Positions 34,075 to 39,826 of a stretch of DNA of 39,826 bases are shown here, piece by piece; position 1 is the stretch's first letter, and each line of letters begins with the position of its first letter. Under the pieces are notes generated by a model that was not told where the DNA came from, did no database searches, and saw only the letters and a list, made by a program, of their open reading frames with translations. This DNA is from Octopus bimaculoides. Its lineage: Eukaryota. Where the stretch lies: NCBI RefSeq assembly GCF_001194135.2, contig NC_068991.1:56860406-56900231 (forward strand). Direction: 5' to 3'. Position numbers and translations under genes: made by a program.

Positions 34075-34380
34075 ATCATAATCATCATCATCATCAGCAT
34101 CATCATCATCATCCTCACCATCATCATCGTCGTCGTCGTCCTCCTCCTCATCATCATCATCTTCATCATCATTATTATTGTCATCATCATCAGCAGCAGG
34201 AGCAGCAGCATCGTCGTCGTCGTCGTCGTCATCATCAATATTTTCTGCGGTGACGGTAACGTACTTATCATCATCATCCTTTTCATTATCATCCTCATCG
34301 TCGTCACCGCCGCCGTTATTGTCGTCACCACCATCACCACCACCTAACTCGTCCCTTCATCATCATCATCATCATCGTCG

Positions 34381-34450
<70 letters not shown>

Positions 34451-34465
34451 AATCATCATCATCAT
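34075..34465. repeat. Compound (CAT)/(CGT)/(CAG)n trinucleotide array
   Basis: Direct reading. Source of the poly-His/Met ORFs. Confidence 0.95.
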
Positions 34466-34994
34466 TCTCTTTTTCAAAACGTTTCTTTCTGATGCCGCAT
34501 CTATTTTGTTCAGTTTGATAGAATTTTTTTTTTTTTTTTTGTTATCTATCTCTTATTAATTATTTTCCTTTCCTTTCATGCATGTACATCGGCTATTGAA
34601 CTACCCAGTGTAATTTTGTGCTTGAATATTATTATTTTATTTTTTCTCTTCTGCAACTCAACACGTCTCCCCACCGAGGCTTCATCAATGAGCGCTAGCG
34701 TATCAAACAGTGTTTATCACGCCTTGATAGATTTGCTATGAATTAGAGTTATGGTATATAAAGTAGATAAAATTGAATTATTTTCCATAAAATTGCTTTG
34801 GGATACGAATTTATCTCAACAAATTCGTATTACATTTTCATTGGTCGGGCCTGGTTATTACAAAACCAGCAGAGCGAAGAAAAATCTTAACTAGTGAAAT
34901 CCATGGGCAAGCGAAATGGTTGAAGTTCTACTCCGCACTCCTGGTTTTAGAAAAAAAAAAATCATTCCTAACCACCTAAAAAATGTTATACTCT

Positions 34995-35404
34995 TTTTAC
35001 TTTTTTTTGCTTGTTTCAGTCATTTGACTGCGACCATGCTGGAGCACCGCCTTTAGTCGAGCAAATCGACCCCGGGACTTACTCTTTGTAAGCCTAGTAC
35101 TAATTCTATCGGTTCTTTTGCCGAACCGCTAAGTGATGGGGACAAAAACACACCAGCATCAGCTGTCAAGCAATGCTAGGGGGACAAACATACACACACA
35201 CACACACACACACATATAGATATATATACATACATATATACGACGGGCTTCTTTCAGTTTCCGTCTGCCAAATCCACTCACTAGGCTTTGGTCGTTCCGA
35301 GACTATAGTAGACGACACTTGCCCAAGATACCATACAGTGGGACTGAACCCGGAACAATGTGGTTGGTAAGCAAGCTACTTACCACACAGCCACTCCCGC
35401 TCCT
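34995..35404 (-). mobile_element. SINE family A, full length, best-preserved copy
   Basis: Head, CCTTGGGCAAGTG-type core, (TA)/(TG) internal repeat, complete tail. Confidence 0.9.
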
Positions 35405-35457
35405 GAGAATAGTTCATTCTTCTTCGTACTACGAATGTGGAGAATTACAAAAAAAAA

Positions 35458-36148
35458 ATGGTTTCAAATCTTGGTACAAGAACAGCAATTTTAAGGGAGG
35501 GGCTAGGCTGATTATATCACTTCCAGTGCTCAAGTGGTACTTATTCTTTTCTACTCTAGGCACAAAGCCCGACATTTTGTGGGAGAGGGGCCAGTCGACT
35601 AGATCGACCCAGTACGCAACTGGTATTTAATTTATCGACACCGAAAGGATGAAAGGCAAATTCGGCCTCAACGGAATTTGAACTCAGAACATAAAGACAG
35701 ACGAAATACCACTAAGCATTTCGCCCAGCGTGCTACCGATTCTGCCTGTTCACTGCCCTCCAGTGCTCGAGTCCAAAATGATGAAAGGCAAAGTCAACCT
35801 CATCAGGATTTGAACTCACAGCGTAAAGACGCTCGGCGTGCTAACAATTCTGCCAAGCTTCCTGCCTTATAATATCCTTTCTACTAAAGGTACAAGGCCT
35901 GAAATTTGATGGGGAGAGGACTAGTCGATTACATCAGTCCTAGTGTTTCACTGGTACTAAATTTATCGACTTCGAAAGGATGAAAAGCAAAGTTGACCTC
36001 GGCGGAATTTGAACTCAGAACGTAGCGACGAGCGAAATATCACCCGGTATGCTAATGATTGTGCCAGCTCGCCGCCTTCGCTGACGTATAATATCGACCC
36101 CAAAATGATGACAAGCAAAGTCGACCTCGGTGGAATTTGAACTCACCG
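35458..36148 (-). mobile_element. Pile of about 5 same-orientation SINE B copies and fragments
   Basis: Segments at about 35458-35545, 35546-35759, 35760-35868, 35870-36078 and 36090-36148. Four of the five carry the atga.a.gcaaa...gatttgaactca block. Confidence 0.85.
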
Positions 36149-36414
36149 GAGTGTAAGCGAGAAATTGTAGTATATCAAGCCAAATGCCTATTAATGCCTA
36201 GTTTCGTCTCTTTATATTCATAGCTATGACCCTGTTGAAGGGATTCACGCGACTGATCAACCAGCTTTGGTTCAGCTACTTAAATAACCAGTAATATATT
36301 TGGGTCAGTATACCTATGTTATGCTAGCAATGTGATTTATTGTTCATGCATTAAATTGAATTTATTTAATTTATTCAATGAAGCAATTAAACCAGTTACT
36401 ATGGAAGAGATGAA

Positions 36415-36712
36415 GATGCGTGACCTAGAGGTTAGAATGTTACACTCACGATCTCTATATCGTGGTTCGATTTCCGGACCGGGAGGTGAGTTGTGCTCTT
36501 AATCAAAACACTTCATTTCACATTGTTTTACTCCACTCAACTGCCAATGGGTTGCCCCTGCGACGGAGTAACCTTTCGATCAGCGTGGGGCTGGGATGTT
36601 GGCCTGCACGCCTAGACAGTTAGGGAGGAGTAGCATCGTCCGCAAGCTAAAACGATGCTAATAGGCTTGTGACAAGTGATGTGTAACAACATCTAGTCGA
36701 TCACGTGATCAT
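36415..36712 (+). mobile_element. SINE H1 + CORE-like + tail T5
   Basis: gcgtgacctagaggttag...ggttcgatttccggaccgg...aaaacacttcatttcacattg...cccctgcgacgga, then a distinct tail ending gatcacgtgatc. Confidence 0.65.
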
Positions 36713-36810
36713 TATGGAACAAAGAAAAGAGCAGCATTAAACATTCTAGGAAGAGTAACGCTTCTTTTAGATGGAAAATGATTAGTCTGTAAAACATTGA
36801 TGGGATATCT

Positions 36811-36969
36811 AGCACAGGTGCGACTGTGTGGTAAGAAGTGTGCGACGCAGCCGCATGGTCCCGAGTTCAGTCCCACTGCGTGACACCTTGAGCAAGTGTC
36901 TACTATAGTCTCAAGTCGACTAAAGCCTTGTGAGTGGATTTGGAAGATGGAAACTGAAAGAAGCCCAGC

Positions 36970-36971
<2 letters not shown>
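36811..36971 (+). mobile_element. SINE family A head running into (TA)n and a gap
   Basis: tgtgtggtaagaag...gagttcagtcccactgcgtgacaccttgagcaagtg...gaaactgaaagaagccc. Confidence 0.85.
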
Positions 36972-37003
<32 letters not shown>

Positions 37004-37093
37004 NNNNNNNNNNNNNNNNNNNNNNNNNNNNNNNNNNNNNNNNNNNNNNNNNNNNNNNNNNNNNNNNNNNNNNNNNNNNNNNNNNNNNNNNNN

Positions 37094-37189
37094 GTTGATA
37101 CATTTACATAAAAGTTCATCGGTATTCCGAAATCTGTCCATATGGACAGATTTCGGAATACCGATGAACTTTTATGTAAATGTATCAAC
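37094..37189. repeat. Perfect 96-bp palindrome, no spacer
   Basis: 37094-37141 is the exact reverse complement of 37142-37189, centre ccatatgg. Confidence 0.95.
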
Positions 37190-38597
37190 TTAAAGGATAA
37201 ACATATTACAATGGATATTACAATGGATAATACCAAGTGGACTTCCCCTTTTTCTCTCTCCTGCTTATCTCTCTTTTTAATTTTTCTTGGTGATTTCTTC
37301 TTTGTGATATAATCTTGGGAAAGAATATATTTGCGGCTGAAGATAGCTTTATACCATCCTGTCTATCAATTATATACCCATATAATGATGCAACGACTGT
37401 TTGTGTATAAAGCTTGAAACACGTGTACCACGGAATCCTTTGTGTTCTGTTTTAATTTTACGTTTTTAATTTCTTCCTTCACCTCGGCCACTATCTGGCA
37501 TATACAGGTGCTTGCAATTATCAAGTATTACCTCTAAAATTTGCTTTACCTATATATTATATTCAGATAGGAATTAGAATTAATTCGAGGGATATAAACA
37601 ATATCGAACACGCATACACATGGTATGTCTTTTGCTAGTTCGTGGGTAGGCTGCGCTTATAAGGGTAAGAGAATATATTCTCCTCAATGTGCCTGGTATC
37701 AAAAGCAGCAGGTTCATTGTTGGAGTGGTTAAATCAGAGTGCCGATGGTATGTATTTGAACACCACATGCAAATAAGGAAATATTAAGTATAATACAAAA
37801 TAAATTCCTCACTTAGTGAAACTATCTTCGCTCTCAATGTAGGTAGAACAATCAATTGGCAACAAATTGGGACCAACTCTACTCTAGAAGAGGAACTAAT
37901 CCCAAGATTTAACAATTCCCCAAAACTAACATACCCTTAAGGATAAATACAGTGTGTTTGTTTGAAAAATGATAACAGCTATAAACACGTGTTTCTGCCT
38001 AAAGAGGCGTTATCAGCACAGCAGGTATTCTACACCCTCTCCAACAAAACGAAGCCGCTTAAACATATGGAAAAATATGTATAGATATACATTTATGGTT
38101 TAGGAAATTTGCATGAATGAAACGAAAACGAGATACTTATATTTGTGTGCTCGTCTCTGTGTTGTATTTTAAGTTTGTGTGTTGAAGCATTGGCAAGATT
38201 TCAGGCTATAATTGGGTTTTGTGACCGAAGTCATTACAATTTTATTACAGTACATGATATACACTTGGCTAAAATAAACTTAACACGCTTGATTTAAAAC
38301 TTCTACAAGTTATTTACAACGGTCTTGTCTTTTCCGTTTTTTTTTTTGTTTTCAAAGTTTGAACAAGTATTATATTATGTTGTATCATTCAATATGCACT
38401 GCACATATCTAATTGTAAATACATTGGTTCTCATATCAGGTGAAGAAAATTCCATGGTTATAAAACGGGAACGAAAAAAAAAAATAATAATCCGGCTATT
38501 GGGAAAGCTTTATCCCCAGAAAGAATTAAGTTTAAACCGTTGCACGCATATTTCAAGCAGGGAGGAACTATTCAATAAAGAAATAATGATTGCTTCT

Positions 38598-38614
38598 ACA
38601 CACACACACACACG

Positions 38615-38647
<33 letters not shown>

Positions 38648-38981
38648 ACACACACAAACACAAACACAAACGCACATGCATTCACTCACACACACATGCA
38701 CACATACGCACATAAACACGCACGCACATACAAATGTGCGCAAACACTCACACATAAATACACACACATGCTCGCACAAACATACTCACACACACGCGCG
38801 CACACACACACATGCACACACACATACGAACACAAAAAGTCACAGGTTGTGTGTGTGTATATAAATATATATATACGTGTTTGTGTGATTGTGTGTGTGT
38901 TGTGTGTGTGCGTGTGTGCGCGTGTATGTATGCTTGTTTGAGTGTTATGTCTGCTTGTCTGCGTTTCTGGAACTGAAAGCG

Positions 38982-39042
<61 letters not shown>

Positions 39043-39185
39043 GTCTGCTGAAACAGGCATTGGTTAAATTAAATTTTTTTATTGGAAAACTAGCAAAGGA
39101 ATAAAAACAAAAAGAATTAATAGCAACAACATAAAGAGTGCCAATGAAAGACATCAACAACAATAGCAATAAACGCAACAACAGC

Positions 39186-39230
<45 letters not shown>
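38598..39230. repeat. CA-rich, GT-rich and (CAA)n microsatellite block
   Basis: Direct reading. Confidence 0.9.
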
Positions 39231-39232
<2 letters not shown>

Positions 39233-39826
39233 GTAAATGTTAAAAAAAATCGACACAAAAACAACCACCGCTTGAGCGAAAAGGAGGGAAACGTTGCGAC
39301 GAAATCGTCACGCTTTACAAAATGGAATAAATTCTGAAGAGAAGACAACAGGGAATGAAGTTAATATCTTCCTTGATTCGGCCATTGTATGAAGAACGAG
39401 CTACAATGGATTTCGGACAACAGAAACAAACTAGTTGTTTTACCTCGAGCCTTATCTCAGTATTAAAGTAGCCGAAAATGTGGCACGATTCCCTGATTGG
39501 TCAGTTTAACAAATGAAGTTTATTGACATACAAAATTGAAGGAATAAAATAAGGGAAAAAGGAAAGAAATGAAATGAAATTAAGTAAAATAAGAAAAAGA
39601 TGAAAAAAAATAATAAATGGACACAAATTGAATGGAGAATATGTGAACACTCACACACACATGCATATATGTAACATATATATATACACACACATATACA
39701 TCCAACCATATATAAATATATGTAGCACATATATGTATATACACACACACACACACATATATATTTATATGTGTGTGTTTATATATACACATACGTATAC
39801 ATATATGTATATGTATGTATATATAT

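Noticed and set aside
5327-39792. Dozens of ORFs rich in YI/CV/HT/poly-X/poly-I/poly-H
   Set aside because: They are translations of di- and trinucleotide microsatellites or N-runs, not genes.
1-39826. CRISPR arrays, rRNA, prokaryotic operons
   Set aside because: No repeat-spacer arrays, rRNA sequence or gene-dense coding DNA. The window is eukaryotic repeat-rich DNA.

Overview
AT-rich, gap-ridden eukaryotic genomic DNA, most consistent with a coleoid cephalopod (Octopus-type). That assignment is inferred from the tRNA-derived SINE families, very dense microsatellites and R4/Dong, RTE and Penelope relics. There is no intact protein-coding gene, and nearly all supplied ORFs are microsatellite or N-run artefacts. 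Supported content: two decayed mariner transposons (a full-length cecropia/Hsmar1-like copy with TIRs and TA TSD; an irritans-like copy); five non-LTR (LINE) fragments, all on the minus strand; a Penelope GIY-YIG fragment; about 35 SINE copies or fragments built from interchangeable head/core/tail modules; a MITE-like foldback; a perfect 96-bp palindrome; and a heavily decayed signal-peptide + LRR (Toll-like) pseudogene at 31215-32975(-). The most notable signals are two hammerhead-ribozyme-like motifs. One is a minimal type-I motif in a tRNA-headed SINE next to the Penelope fragment (32474-32519+). The other has all core nucleotides and stems in a scrambled, not circularly permuted, order (20996-21056-). 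SINE family letters A-F are my own working labels, and many SINE boundaries are approximate.
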